From Catajapyx aquilonaris (lineage: Eukaryota): a stretch of DNA of 64,000 nt. Below the pieces are notes generated by a model. The model saw nothing but the letters and a program-made list of their open reading frames with translations, ran no database searches and was not told the origin of the DNA. The position numbers were made by a program, and so were the translations under genes. The stretch is taken from contig KZ538104.1 of assembly GCA_000934665.2 (NCBI GenBank), positions 62,001 through 126,000 on the forward strand, in the 5' to 3' direction. Each line of letters begins with the position of its first letter. The first letter of the stretch is position 1. This document shows, piece after piece, positions 28,763 through 39,894 of the stretch.

Positions 28763-28836
<74 letters not shown>
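28763..28836. repeat. (TTA)n microsatellite directly before ZNF unit 1
   Basis: Pure TTA run. Confidence 0.97.
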
Positions 28837-28837
<1 letters not shown>

Positions 28838-28847
28838 GTTGCTCAAA

Positions 28848-28915
28848 TGACGTCACTAGAGCAGTTCCCAGCACACCAGTCGGAATGAGCCCGAATCAGA
28901 ATTCAAGATGGCGAC
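28848..28915 (+). promoter_or_regulatory. Conserved promoter cassette of ZNF unit 1 (CRE TGACGTCA, CAGTTCCC box, YY1/Pho-like CAAGATGGCG)
   Basis: Same cassette at 32724-32799, 35662-35730, 38462-38530, 41992-42060 and partially 47185-47240, always ahead of a non-coding exon and a short GT-AG intron. Confidence 0.65.
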
Positions 28916-29185
28916 TGTTCTATCCTGCATTGTTCTTGGTTCTTGGGAAGAATTATTTGGAGTGATTTCCGTCACCGACGGGGACATATTCGTCCCTAGT
29001 TGTACCGCCGCCGGTTTGCTGGGCAGGTCCTGAATCCATCTTGGTCCATCAGCAGGTCCATCAGCAGAGCATCTGTGTAAAGGAGAGTGTCGTGAGTGCA
29101 TGTGAGTAAAGAGAGAGCAATTTCAGTTTCATTTTCCAATAAAAATACTAATAACATATTTCTGATCTCAATAGGTCGTCTAACT

Positions 29186-30292
29186 ATGGAGGAAGGAGAC
29201 TCTTCCTTCGTCAAGGAGGAGGCTTGGAAGGTTGACGTGAAGCAAGAAGCGGAGATAGATGAAGTCGCCTTACCACTAGAGAACATTCCGACGGTGGATC
29301 AAGTGATTCAGGAGGTGAAGAAATGTGAGGAGGAAATGGTGGCGGCAATGCCCGATGTGACTGAAGGTGCGGACGATCCTCTCGGCATCAGTGTCTGTGA
29401 CAAGTTGAGGTATGAGAATACGTCGATGCCTTCAGGTGACAAATTTGTTGGACAGTCAGTGCAGGCTGATGTTAAAAAATTTAAGACGACTTATTTGTGT
29501 GAATTCTGTGGAGAGGCATGCAGTAGCTCCGGCAAGATGTGGAATCATGTGCGGACATTTCATGCTGAAGAAGAGCTGTTTACTTGCTCTTATTGCCAGA
29601 AGGTTTTTTGTACAAGCTACACCTTACGCAGTCATGTGAAGAGACATAATCCCAAAGAGAATGGGAACGTCACACTTGAAGCTAATTCAACCAACATGCC
29701 AATCTTGCCGCATATGACTCTAGGCAATAAGTTATCAGTAGTAAGGTTAGCAAAAACCAGTAATGTTATGATTTTGAATTGTGAATTTTGCAGAGCAGAA
29801 TTGTCCACATCCAGTGAATTAGAGGAACACATTAAGGCAGTTCATGTTGGTGACAAAAAATTAATATGCAAGCTCTGCCCGAGAGCATTTCGAAGCAATC
29901 AGGGTTTGAGTAGTCACATTAGGTGGCATGATCGAGACAGTGCTGCATATTTGGACAACTCAACTGAAGACAATAATTTGAACAAGTCCTGCAAAAAACT
30001 GTGTAAAGCTCACTATGACACCTGGGCTGTTAAGTGTGACTTCTGCCCAGCCTCATTGTCCCATCCAAGTAACTTATGGAAGCATGTGAGGTCATTTCAT
30101 AATGAACAGCCACTGTACAAATGCAAATATTGCCAAAAAGAATTTTGTGCACATTCGATCCTAAAGACTCACATGAAGAGGCATAATCCCAAGTTTGTGT
30201 GTTACAATGACTGTGGAGAATATTTTGACACAAGTGATGAATTGCTTGCACACATGAACGCTTCTCATGGTTGTGCTGTTGCGCCAGTGTGA
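29186..30292 (+). CDS. C2H2 zinc-finger protein, array copy 1 (acidic leader plus 7 fingers arranged 2+2+3)
   Basis: ATG at 29186 follows the acceptor at 29173-29174 (the ORF track's upstream 30 aa are intronic). Seven CxxC...HxxxH fingers, e.g. CEFCGEACSSSGKMWNHVRTFH and CKYCQKEFCAHSILKTHMKRH. Confidence 0.9.
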   Translation: MEEGDSSFVKEEAWKVDVKQEAEIDEVALPLENIPTVDQVIQEVKKCEEEMVAAMPDVTEGADDPLGISVCDKLRYENTSMPSGDKFVGQSVQADVKKFKTTYLCEFCGEACSSSGKMWNHVRTFHAEEELFTCSYCQKVFCTSYTLRSHVKRHNPKENGNVTLEANSTNMPILPHMTLGNKLSVVRLAKTSNVMILNCEFCRAELSTSSELEEHIKAVHVGDKKLICKLCPRAFRSNQGLSSHIRWHDRDSAAYLDNSTEDNNLNKSCKKLCKAHYDTWAVKCDFCPASLSHPSNLWKHVRSFHNEQPLYKCKYCQKEFCAHSILKTHMKRHNPKFVCYNDCGEYFDTSDELLAHMNASHGCAVAPV

Positions 30293-30520
30293 TGCATTTG
30301 TGAAGTATATTCTTTTTAGTGGTGACCAATTTCATACAGGTCATTCACGTGGTTTGTGTGGTCATATGGCACAGATGAAATATTTTTTACTTGCCATGTA
30401 TGTAGAACACTTGGCAAATGCACCATTTTTGACAAGTAAAGTTTGAATACTGATTTTGTTGAACTGCATTTTTGTGAATCCCTATGTTTCAAGTATAGCC
30501 TACATTTGTTTTTATTTCAG

Positions 30521-32273
30521 TACATACACACTCAATGACATTTTGACGTTATTGGAAGGCAAGGGAATACATGTGCAGGATGATAAGCAGATAGACGTGT
30601 ACATCCAGCCTCCAACTAATGCAAATGCAGATTTAACAGATGAGGACTCTGGTGATGAAGAGGCTTTCACTTTGGAGGACCTACCTGGATCACAGCTCTT
30701 AGAACCTGCTGAATTGCTGAATGAATTTCAAAATGATGACATCAATGAAGAGGAGGAAATGTGTACTGCTAATGAAAGGAGAGATCAACCTCCAAAGAAG
30801 GTACGCAAGAAAGAAAACAAGAAGACTTACGATTGGTGTCACCATCCCTTAAAATCTGATTTGATTGACTGGCCAGAAAACGTGAATGTTGAGAGTGAGT
30901 TGAGTCCCATGGAGTCATTTTTCCTATTCTTTGATGAGCACATAATTTCTTTCATAGTGGATAAAACCAATTGGTATGCTGTCCTGCATAATAGGGTAGG
31001 TGACGTTACTGCTAATGAACTCTATTGCTTTATTGGCATACTTTTATTGAGTGGATACGTCCAAGTACCACAAAGACGAATGTTCTGGGAAACCGTGTGT
31101 GATACTCGTAATGAGCTTGTCTCCGCATCCATTTCTAGGAATCGCTTTGAATTTATCCTGGCAAATATTCACGTTTGTCAAAATGACAAGCTGAATGAAG
31201 AAGACAAGTTTGCGAAGGTCCGCCCTCTGTATGACGCACTGAACTATAATTTCTTACGACATGCCCCATTTGAGGAAAACCATTCAATTGGCGAGTCAGT
31301 GGTGCCTTACTATGGTTGCCGTGTTCTGAAGCGATTAATTAGGGGAAAGGCCATAGGATATGGCTACAAAGTGTGGGTTGGTGCTACCTCGAAGGGCTAT
31401 GTAATTTGGAAGGATCCTTACCAATGTAAATCCACCACTGTAAACCCTGCTTATAACAATTTTGGTCTGGGTGCAAGTATTGTCCTGCAGTACTGTGACA
31501 CTTTGACCTCAGCTGCTGCACTGCCTTATCACTTGTTCTTTTACAACTTTTTTGGGAGCCTTCCTTTGTTGGAGGAACTGAAAAACAGACATATTAGGGC
31601 ATCGTGTACATTGAGCGAAAATTCCATTGCAGACTGCCCTTTGAAGGATAGTGCTGCTATGAAGAAAACTGACCCAGGCGCTTTTGATTTCAAAACTGAT
31701 TCAAAGGGGAACTTGATTGTCATGAAATGGAATGACCACAGTGTTGTCACAGCAGCATCTAATGCTATCGGAATTAGTCCATTCCATGAAATAACTCGTT
31801 ATTCTGAAAAGGAAAAGAAATTGGTGAAAATTCCCCAGCCCCACCTCATACATGAGTTGAACCAATATGCTGGTGGAGTTGAAAAGTATGACCAAAACAT
31901 GAGTTTATATCGTGTTACCATCAGAGGAAAGAAGTGGTATTACCCTCTGATAGTCGACTGCATTGAAAGTGCAGAACAAAATGCTTGGCACTTGCATTGC
32001 ATTAATGGGGGTAAGTTAGACTTCTTAACTTTCAGAAGAAGACTTGTTTGCAACTTGCTTGAAACCTTTGGGAAAGGTAGTGGTTCAAGACCCAGAAGGC
32101 CGCATAAAAACCAGCTAATAGATTCAAGATATGATCGTGTAGATCATTTAGTTGCTCCCCAAGAGAAACAAACCAGATGCAGGCAATGCCACATGAAATG
32201 CACAACACGATGCGTGAAATGTGACGTAGGACTTCACACTAGATGTTTCATAGGATTTCATACAAAACCATAA
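30521..32273 (+). CDS. piggyBac transposase-derived exon (PGBD2/PGBD3-like), intact ORF with substituted catalytic triad
   Basis: PGBD3-like N-terminus TLNDILTLLE..IQPPTNANADLTDEDSGDEE, ISRNRFEFIL, DKFAKVRPL, RGKKWYYPL and a C-terminal Cys-rich domain CRQC..CVKC..LH..CF..FH. Preceded by acceptor ttgtttttatttcAG (30519-30520); AATAAA at 32388. No TTAA-flanked TIRs recognised. Confidence 0.9.
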
Positions 32274-32519
32274 ATTTCAGGAATTGTAATAATAATTGTG
32301 ATTGTTGTAAGTTATTGCAAGAGCTGGTTATTGTAGTGGGAAACATATGTTCATATAATTATTTTCATGCTCTATGTTATTTTGATGAATAAAGTCAATG
32401 GACACTGTGATTCACTTATCAGTGCCTTATTGCTCCATGAATTCTGGCTCCGTATCATTTTCAGCAATACTTGTGTGTGTCAAAGTTCAGCCTCCCACCC
32501 AAGAAGTGGTAGTTGACCA

Positions 32520-32595
32520 TTATTATTATCATTATCATTATCATCATCATCATCATTATCATCATCATCGCTGACTACCCCTTATAGGGAAATGC

Positions 32596-32664
<69 letters not shown>

Positions 32665-32712
32665 CATTATTATTATTACCCTATTATTGTTATTGTTGTT
32701 ATCATCATCATC
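32520..32712. repeat. Compound (TTA/TCA/TGA)n microsatellite before ZNF unit 2
   Basis: Mixed trinucleotide runs. Confidence 0.9.
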
Positions 32713-33062
32713 AGGGCAACATGTGACGTCACCGTGACAGTTCCCTGCACACCAGTCGGAATGAGCCCGTCAAGCGTCAACAGAATTCAAGATGGCGACT
32801 CTTCTTGGCTGGTTTGTTCGTTGTTCCTGAGAAGTTGAGATTTCCTTGCTGATTTCCAACACCGAGGGAGGACAGATTCGTCTCTGGTTGTATCGCAGGA
32901 GAGCAGAAGGGAAGGCCCCTGAATCCATCTGGGTCCAACAGCATCTGTGGAAAGGAGGGTGGGCACTGCAGGTGAGTAGAGAGAGAGAGAGAGAAATATC
33001 AGCCCATCATTCAATCTGATTTGCTAATCAAAAGGCTAATCAAAACTTTCCCATCTCTCTAG

Positions 33063-34028
33063 ATGTCCACTATGAAGGAAGAGGACGCTACCGTCATCAA
33101 GGAGGAGGCTTGGGAGGTGGAAGTGAAGCAAGAAGTGGAGACAGATGAAGTCCTGTTACCACCAGAGAACATTCCGATGGTGGAGGTGAAGGAATGTGAG
33201 GAGGAAATGGTGGTGGCAATGCCTGTTGTGACTGAAGGTGCTGACGATCCCCTTGGCATCACTTCGTGTGACAAGAGGAAGTATGAGAATGTGTCAATGC
33301 CTTCAGGTGACAAACTAGTCACCCAGTCAGTGCAGAGTGGTGTATGCGAATTCTGTGGAAAGGCGTACCGTAACTCGAGGGACTTGTGGAATCATGTGCG
33401 GACAGTTCATGCTGAAGAAAAGCTGTATACTTGCTCTTATTGCCATGAAGTTTTTTGTACAAGCTACGCCTTATGCAATCATGTGAAGAGACATAAACCC
33501 AAAGATAGTGGGTACGTCACACTTGAAGCTCCTTCAGCCAACGTGCCAGTATTGCGCAACATGACTGAAGGTAGTAAGATTCCAGTAGTAAGGTTAGCAA
33601 AAACAACCAATGAAATGCCTTTCAAGTGTGGATTTTGCAGAACAAAATTTTCCACCTCCAGTGATTTAGAGGAACACATTAAGGCAGATCATGTTGGTGA
33701 TAATAAATTAACATGCACAGTATGCCAGAGAACATTTCAAAACTTGCAGGGTTTAAGCAGTCACATTAAGGCAATTCATGGTGAGAAATTAAAATGCAAG
33801 GTCTGCCAGAGAGAATTTAGAAATATTCAGGCTTTGTGGAGTCACATTAAGGCAGTTCATGGTGAGAAATTAAAATGCAAGGTCTGCCAGAGAGAATTTA
33901 GAAATATTCAGGATTTGACCAGTCACGTTATGTGGCATGATCGAGAGAGGGCTGCACTTTTGGACAACTCAACTGAAGCCGAGTCAAACGAGTCCTGCAA
34001 AAAGATGTGCAAGGAGCATGCAACATAA
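33063..34028 (+). CDS. C2H2 zinc-finger protein, copy 2 (6 fingers, C-terminally truncated)
   Basis: 5'UTR intron 32972-33062. Internal 81-bp finger duplication (33780/33861). A frameshift gives TAA at 34026; the decayed last fingers remain visible at 34030-34270. Confidence 0.75.
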   Translation: MSTMKEEDATVIKEEAWEVEVKQEVETDEVLLPPENIPMVEVKECEEEMVVAMPVVTEGADDPLGITSCDKRKYENVSMPSGDKLVTQSVQSGVCEFCGKAYRNSRDLWNHVRTVHAEEKLYTCSYCHEVFCTSYALCNHVKRHKPKDSGYVTLEAPSANVPVLRNMTEGSKIPVVRLAKTTNEMPFKCGFCRTKFSTSSDLEEHIKADHVGDNKLTCTVCQRTFQNLQGLSSHIKAIHGEKLKCKVCQREFRNIQALWSHIKAVHGEKLKCKVCQREFRNIQDLTSHVMWHDRERAALLDNSTEAESNESCKKMCKEHAT

Positions 34029-35149
34029 AGGCAAGCAAATTTGACTGATGCCAAGCCTCAATCTCCCATCCAAGTAACTTATGGAAGCATGTGAGCATAG
34101 TGGACAGCCATTGTATCAATGCAAACATTCACAAAAACAATTTTGTGCACATTCCATCCTAAAGACTCGCATCAAGTTTGTGTGTTCTGACTGGGGAGAA
34201 CATTTTGACAAAAGTGAAGAATTGATGCAACATTTGGATGTTTCTCATGGTTCAGCTGTTTCACCAGTGTGGTGCATTTGTGAAGTTTTTTGTTTTTTTG
34301 TTCATACTATTAATATTAACAAGACATAATTTAGGTTGCATAAATGAAGAACGGTTCTTCATAGTTTGTTTTTGCCAACATTCATGTCACTTTTGTTCTC
34401 TTGACTAGTATGTTGTGATACTTCCTCCCAATCTATTACGCTGTAAGTGCCCCTTTGCGTACAGTTTATTCAACTTGTGGTATATGCACCTGAATCAGGT
34501 GATGACCAATTTCATTCAAAAGATTTGTGTACTTGTACAGCAAAGATTATTAAAGACAGTTTATCCGCAGGTGGAGTGTAAATCAGACAGTAGCTTTGCA
34601 ATGACCCCTTTACTACCCGCTAGGGTTTGAGGGGGAGGACATCTTCGACTATCTTACTCTAACATATCATTTTCTTAATCACATTAGCAAAGAAATTGTA
34701 CGAATTATTATAAATGTATACTTGCAAAGGATCTACAAATAAACAAAACATGTCATAACTGGGAACAGTTGAGGGCATAATTTTAAGAAATATTTCTACT
34801 TGGTGTGCCATAAATGGGACAGCTGTGTACATGATATGGGCCAATGTAAAGTTTTCCTGCACATTACAATTTGGGCAAGTCATCTCTGAGTCTAATGTAA
34901 GTGAACCAGTTTTAGTGTAAATACGGAGCTATTGATTTCTCAGATTCACCAACAATCTAGTAAGATAATAAGGGCATATTTAACGCTAAATACTGTTCCT
35001 GGTTAAAATATTTTTTCACTGCGGAGTAGTCACCATATGTGTGGGATACAGAAAGCCTTTGCAAATCAATGTCTTGGCAGTGGTCTTGGTAGTGGAGAAT
35101 TAAAGAATGAGTATATCTTGGCAAATTTTCAATCACAAGATCGATTGTT

Positions 35150-35549
35150 CTGCAGTTGTACTGTATGGTGACATGTTGACCTCAGATGCTGCACTGCCTT
35201 ATCACATGTTCTTTGATAACTTTTTTGGAGCCTTCCTTTGTTATTGGAGGAACTTGGCAACAAAAAATATTAGGGCATTGTGTACATTGCGTGAAAATTA
35301 CATTGCAAGAGTGCCCTTTGAAATATGAACGGATAGGGCTGCTATGAAGAAAACTGAGCTATAGGCACTTTTGATTTCAGAACTGATTCATAAAGATACT
35401 TGATTGCCATCATGATATATAATTACCACGGCGTTGTCACAGCAGCATCTAATGCCATTGGAATATTCCCACTCCATAACGTAACTTTTTTTTTTCTGAA
35501 AAGGAAAAGAAATATGCGAAAATTCCCCAGCTCCACCACATAAAGGAGC
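35150..35549 (+). pseudogene. Decayed fragment of the piggyBac-derived ORF
   Basis: Collinear with about 31480-31858 (LTSDAALPYHMFFDNFF, gctgctatgaagaaaactga, gttgtcacagcagcatctaatgc), with frameshifts and stops; ends at the (TTA)n tract. Confidence 0.88.

Positions 35550-35633
<84 letters not shown>
35550..35633. repeat. (TTA)n microsatellite before ZNF unit 3
   Basis: Pure TTA run. Confidence 0.97.
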
Positions 35634-35964
35634 TACGGTATTATGCAGGTGTGCATGATTGTGACGTCACCGTGACAGTTCCCGGCACACCAGTCGGAAT
35701 GGGCCCGTCGCCAGAATTCAAGATGGCGACTCTTCTTGGCTGGTTTGTTCCTGCGACGATTTGGGTTGAGGAGATTTCCAGCAACGAGGGGGGACAGCTT
35801 CGTCCCTGGTTGCATCGCAGGAGAGCAGAAGGGAAGGCCCCTGAAGCCATCCGTGGAAAGGAGGGTGGGCACTGCCGGTGAGTAGAGAGAGAGAAATATC
35901 AGCCCATCATTTTCATTATAATTTTCCAATCAAAAGGCTAATCAAAACTTTCCCATCTCTCTAG

Positions 35965-37101
35965 ATGTCCACTATGAAGGAAGAGGACGCTACCGTCATC
36001 AAGGAGGAGGCTTGGGAGGTGGAAGTGAAGCAAGAAGTGGAGACAGATGAAGTCCCCTTACCACCAGAGAACATTCCGATGGTGGATCAAGTGATTCTGG
36101 AAGTGAAGCAATGCGATGAAGAAATGATTCAGGAGGTGAAGAAATGTGAAGAGGAAATGGTGGTGGCAATGCCTGATGTGACTGAAGGTGTGGATGATCC
36201 CCTTGGCATCACTTTGTGTGACAACTTGAGGGTTGAGAGTTCGTCGATGCCTTCAGGTGACAAACTAGTCACACGGTCAGTGCAGAGAGGTGTTAAGAAA
36301 CGTAAGACGACTCAGTTATGTGAATTTTGTGGAGTGTGGTACAGTACCTCGACCAACCTGTGGAATCATGTGCGGACATTTCATACTGGAGAAGGCCTGT
36401 TTACTTGCCCTTATTGCCATAAAGTTTGTAGTATGATCTCTAGCTTTTACAGACATGTGAAGAGTCATAATCCAACTAGTAATGGGTATGTCACTATTGA
36501 AGTTAATTCAACTGATGTGGCAATCTTGCAGCGTATGACTGAAGACAGTAAGATACCAGTAGTATGGGTTGCTAAAACAAGCAATGCAATGACTTTCAAG
36601 TGTGCATTTTGCAACACACAATTTTCCACTTCCAGTGAATTAGAAGAACACTTTCAGGCAGTTCATGTTGGCGAGAAGAAATATAAATGCAAGCTGTGCT
36701 GGAGAGTATTCCGAAAGAGATACACTTTGAGTTCTCATTTGAAGTGGCATTCTAATCTAGAGATGGTGGTGCATTTGAGAAATGCTGATTCAAACACGTC
36801 CTGCAAAAAAATGCATAAAGAGCACTACAACAAAATGGCAAGTAAATGCGATTTCTGCCAAGCCTCAGTCACCCATTCAAAGTACTTAATGAGACACGTG
36901 AGGAAATTTCATAGTGACCAGCCATTATTCAAATGCAGATATTGCCAAAAAGAATTTAGCTCAAGTTTCGTACGAAACACTCACATGAAGAGACATAATC
37001 CAAAGGGAATGTGTTCTAACTGTGGAAAACAATTTGACAAAAGTGATGAATTGCTTGCACACATGGGTGTTTCTCACGGTTCAGCTGTTTCACCATTGTG
37101 A
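35965..37101 (+). CDS. C2H2 zinc-finger protein, copy 3 (7 fingers)
   Basis: 5'UTR intron 35878-35964; intact 378-aa ORF paralogous to copy 1. Confidence 0.9.
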   Translation: MSTMKEEDATVIKEEAWEVEVKQEVETDEVPLPPENIPMVDQVILEVKQCDEEMIQEVKKCEEEMVVAMPDVTEGVDDPLGITLCDNLRVESSSMPSGDKLVTRSVQRGVKKRKTTQLCEFCGVWYSTSTNLWNHVRTFHTGEGLFTCPYCHKVCSMISSFYRHVKSHNPTSNGYVTIEVNSTDVAILQRMTEDSKIPVVWVAKTSNAMTFKCAFCNTQFSTSSELEEHFQAVHVGEKKYKCKLCWRVFRKRYTLSSHLKWHSNLEMVVHLRNADSNTSCKKMHKEHYNKMASKCDFCQASVTHSKYLMRHVRKFHSDQPLFKCRYCQKEFSSSFVRNTHMKRHNPKGMCSNCGKQFDKSDELLAHMGVSHGSAVSPL

Positions 37102-37139
37102 TGCACTTGTAAAGTATTTTTTGTTCATTTCATACCAAT

Positions 37140-37485
37140 AATAATTGTGGGTTGTGCTTATCTGACCCCTTGGGTACGAGGACTTTGACCTTTATTTATT
37201 TTTTATTGATCGGTGTTACATTTTTTGGTGCCTATTCATTTGAATCACCCAGGCCCACGGGCAGGATGACAGGAGGGTATGTGCAATGTGCAGTGCAAAG
37301 TTTCCAAGATGGTACATAATTTGTGAACTCCCCTGGGTGGATATATCTTGCGGAAATTCCACCCGAGATGAAGCCAGAGACGACCCAACTTTACACGAGA
37401 TGAAGGGGGTGTCCCCGGCTGGGATCAAACCTGGGACCTTAACACCCGTGGGCGCATACATTACCGCAGTGTCACTTCGCCTCCC
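37140..37485 (-). mobile_element. tRNA-derived SINE with 15-bp target-site duplication
   Basis: Flanked by tcatttcataccaat at 37125-37139 and 37486-37500. Minus-strand head GGGAGGCGAAG..GGTAA..GGTTTGATCCC (B-box-like). Confidence 0.75.
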
Positions 37486-37540
37486 TCATTTCATACCAAT
37501 GAGCAATGACACAGACAGGTGTACATTAATTAACAATACC

Positions 37541-37896
37541 TTTTTTTAAAAAAATTTGCTACCCCATGCTAGAGCCATTGGCTCTCTTAGGGGGGTAGGT
37601 CAGGGTAGGACACCACTATATTTTCTGTATTAGTTTTCCATTTTTCTTTGAACTCCGGTGCAGGGAATCAAGATCATTGGGTAAGGATAGGGATTTTTGG
37701 GGACGGAACATGGGTGCAAGTAGGTCTGTAAAGGGTCATGTGCTGTTCCCCAGGAGGTTAGGTTGCCAGACACCTCCAAGGGGCGGATCAGAGACCCACT
37801 GACGCAGGGGAAAGGGAACTCCCAGGCGGGGATCGAACCTGGGACCTTCCACTCAGCAAGCCGAGGCGTTACCATCTCGGCAACCTCACCTCCCCG
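37541..37896 (-). mobile_element. Second related tRNA-derived SINE
   Basis: Minus-strand head GGGGAGGTGAGG-TTGCCGAGATGG (A box)..GGTTCGATCCC (B box), A-rich tail, imperfect TSD attaacaatac/atttacaagac; absent from paralogous 3' flanks. Confidence 0.7.
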
Positions 37897-38796
37897 ATTT
37901 ACAAGACATCATTTTAGGTTGCATAAAGAAAAATGGTTCTCTGTGGTTTGTTTATGCCAAGATTCATCTCACTTTTGTTCTTTTGACTAGTATGTGCTGA
38001 TACTTCCTCTCAACCTATGAATCTGTGAGTGCCCACCTTTGCTGTGTTTATTGAACTTGTGTTAAATATAAACCTGAATTTCATTAACAAGGTATGTGTA
38101 CTCATATGGCACAGATTATTATTAGAGACAGTTTACCCTCAGTTTGCTTATCAGGAATGATGACACCTTCTTTATTGCTCCATGATTTCTGGCCCCTATC
38201 ATATATTGCAATACTTGTGTTTGTCTCATTTCAGCCTCCAAGATGTGACCATTTTGCTTCTCTTAACATAATGTTGCTTTCTTCAGCATATTAGCATTAG
38301 CTACAAAAGGCTCTCAGGTAATGATAAAATTTTAAAAAGCTTCATGAAATTTCCACTGTCATCTTTCGTCATATTAAAAACATCGCGGCATTGTTAGGAT
38401 TGTTGTTCCAAACAAAATGATTGAAAATGTGCATTGTTGCTGTAATTTACAGGTGTGCAAGTGACGTCACAGCGACAGTTCCCGGCACACCAGTCGGAAT
38501 GGGCCCGGCAGCAGAATTCAAGATGGCGACCGTTCTTTCCTGACTTGGTTCCTTCGAAAAAATTATTTGGGAGTGATTTCCAGTGTCGACGGGGACAGAT
38601 TCGTCTCTGGTTGCATCGCCGGAGAGCAGAAGGGAAGGCCCCCCCTGAATCCACCGGGAGGTTCATAAGCATCTGTGGAAAGGAGGGTGGGCACTGCAGG
38701 TGAGTAGCAAGAGAAAAATTCCAGCCCATTACTTTTATTATAATTTTCCACTCAAAATGCTAATCTAATCTTTACGAACCCTGTAGGCCGTCCACT

Positions 38797-39894
38797 ATGG
38801 AGGAAGGAGACGCCAACTTCGTCAAGGAGGAGACTTGGAAGGTTGAAGTGAAGCAAGAATTGGAGATTGAAGAACCGTCCATACTGCCGGAGGACATTCC
38901 GACGGTGGATGAAGTGATTCAGGAGGTGAAGGAATGTGAAGAGGAAATGTTGGTGGCAATGCCCGATGGGACTGAAGGTGCGGACGATCCCCTTGGCATC
39001 ACTTCGTGTGACAAGCGGAGGTATGAGAATGTGCCTTCAAGTGGCACATTAGTCGGACAGTCCGTGTCGCAGAGAGGTAGTAAGAAATGTAAGATGACTA
39101 ATTTGTGTGAATTCTGTGGAGAGGTATGCAGCAACTCGACCAAGTTGTGGAATCATGTGCAGACATTTCATACTGGAGAAGAGCTGTTTACGTGCCCTTA
39201 TTGCAAGACAGTTTTTAGTATGATATCTAACTTATGCAATCATATGAAGAGACATAATTCCAATGGGAGTAGACTTGTCACTCTTGAAGTTAATTCAACC
39301 GATGTGCCAATCTTGCAGCGTATGACTGAAGGCAGTAATATACCGGTGGTATGGGTTGCAAAAACAAGCAACGCAATGACTTTCAAGTGCGGATTTTGTG
39401 AAACAAAATTTTTCACATCCAGGGAATTAGAGGAACACATTAAGGCAGATCACGTTACTGGTAAGAAGAAATACAAATGCAAGCTGTGCCGGAGAACATT
39501 TCCAACCAGTCAGGGTTTGAATAGTCACGTTAGGTGGCATTGTGATCAGGAGAGGGCTGCACGTGTGGACAACTCAACTGAAGCTGATAAGTCCTGCAAA
39601 GAGATGCGTAAAGCGCATTTCAAATCAAGGGCAGTTAAATGTGACTTCTGCTCAGCCTCAGCCTGCAATCCAAGTACCTTAAGGTTGCATGTGATGAAAT
39701 TTCATAGTGAACAGCCATTGTACAAATGCAAATATTGCCAAAAAGAATTTGGTTCTCGTTCCATCCTAAACAATCACATAAAGCGGCATAATCCCAAGTT
39801 TATGTGCTCTGACTGTGGTGAACATTTTGACAAAAGTGAAGAATTGCTTGCACACATGGATGTTTCTCACGGTGCTGCTCTTATGCCAGTGTGA
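38797..39894 (+). CDS. C2H2 zinc-finger protein, copy 4 (7 fingers)
   Basis: 5'UTR intron 38700-38786; intact 365-aa ORF. Confidence 0.9.
   Translation: MEEGDANFVKEETWKVEVKQELEIEEPSILPEDIPTVDEVIQEVKECEEEMLVAMPDGTEGADDPLGITSCDKRRYENVPSSGTLVGQSVSQRGSKKCKMTNLCEFCGEVCSNSTKLWNHVQTFHTGEELFTCPYCKTVFSMISNLCNHMKRHNSNGSRLVTLEVNSTDVPILQRMTEGSNIPVVWVAKTSNAMTFKCGFCETKFFTSRELEEHIKADHVTGKKKYKCKLCRRTFPTSQGLNSHVRWHCDQERAARVDNSTEADKSCKEMRKAHFKSRAVKCDFCSASACNPSTLRLHVMKFHSEQPLYKCKYCQKEFGSRSILNNHIKRHNPKFMCSDCGEHFDKSEELLAHMDVSHGAALMPV

Noticed and set aside
28637..28965. Poly-Y/L/N/I/M ORFs here and at 46216, 59994-60419, 60811-61301, 63635-63904
   Set aside because: Translations of trinucleotide microsatellites.
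30456..30520. TTG-initiated N-terminus of the 605-aa PGBD ORF
   Set aside because: It is the polypyrimidine tract and acceptor; homology starts at 30521.
35651..35881. Recurrent small ORFs in ZNF first exons (..PWLHRRRAEGKAP..)
   Set aside because: Frame and stops are not conserved between copies, and in copy 3 the spliced frame is out of frame with the main CDS; best read as 5'UTR, at most uORFs.
37810..37895. tRNA gene
   Set aside because: A and B boxes are present but there is no convincing acceptor stem; it continues into a SINE body and tail.
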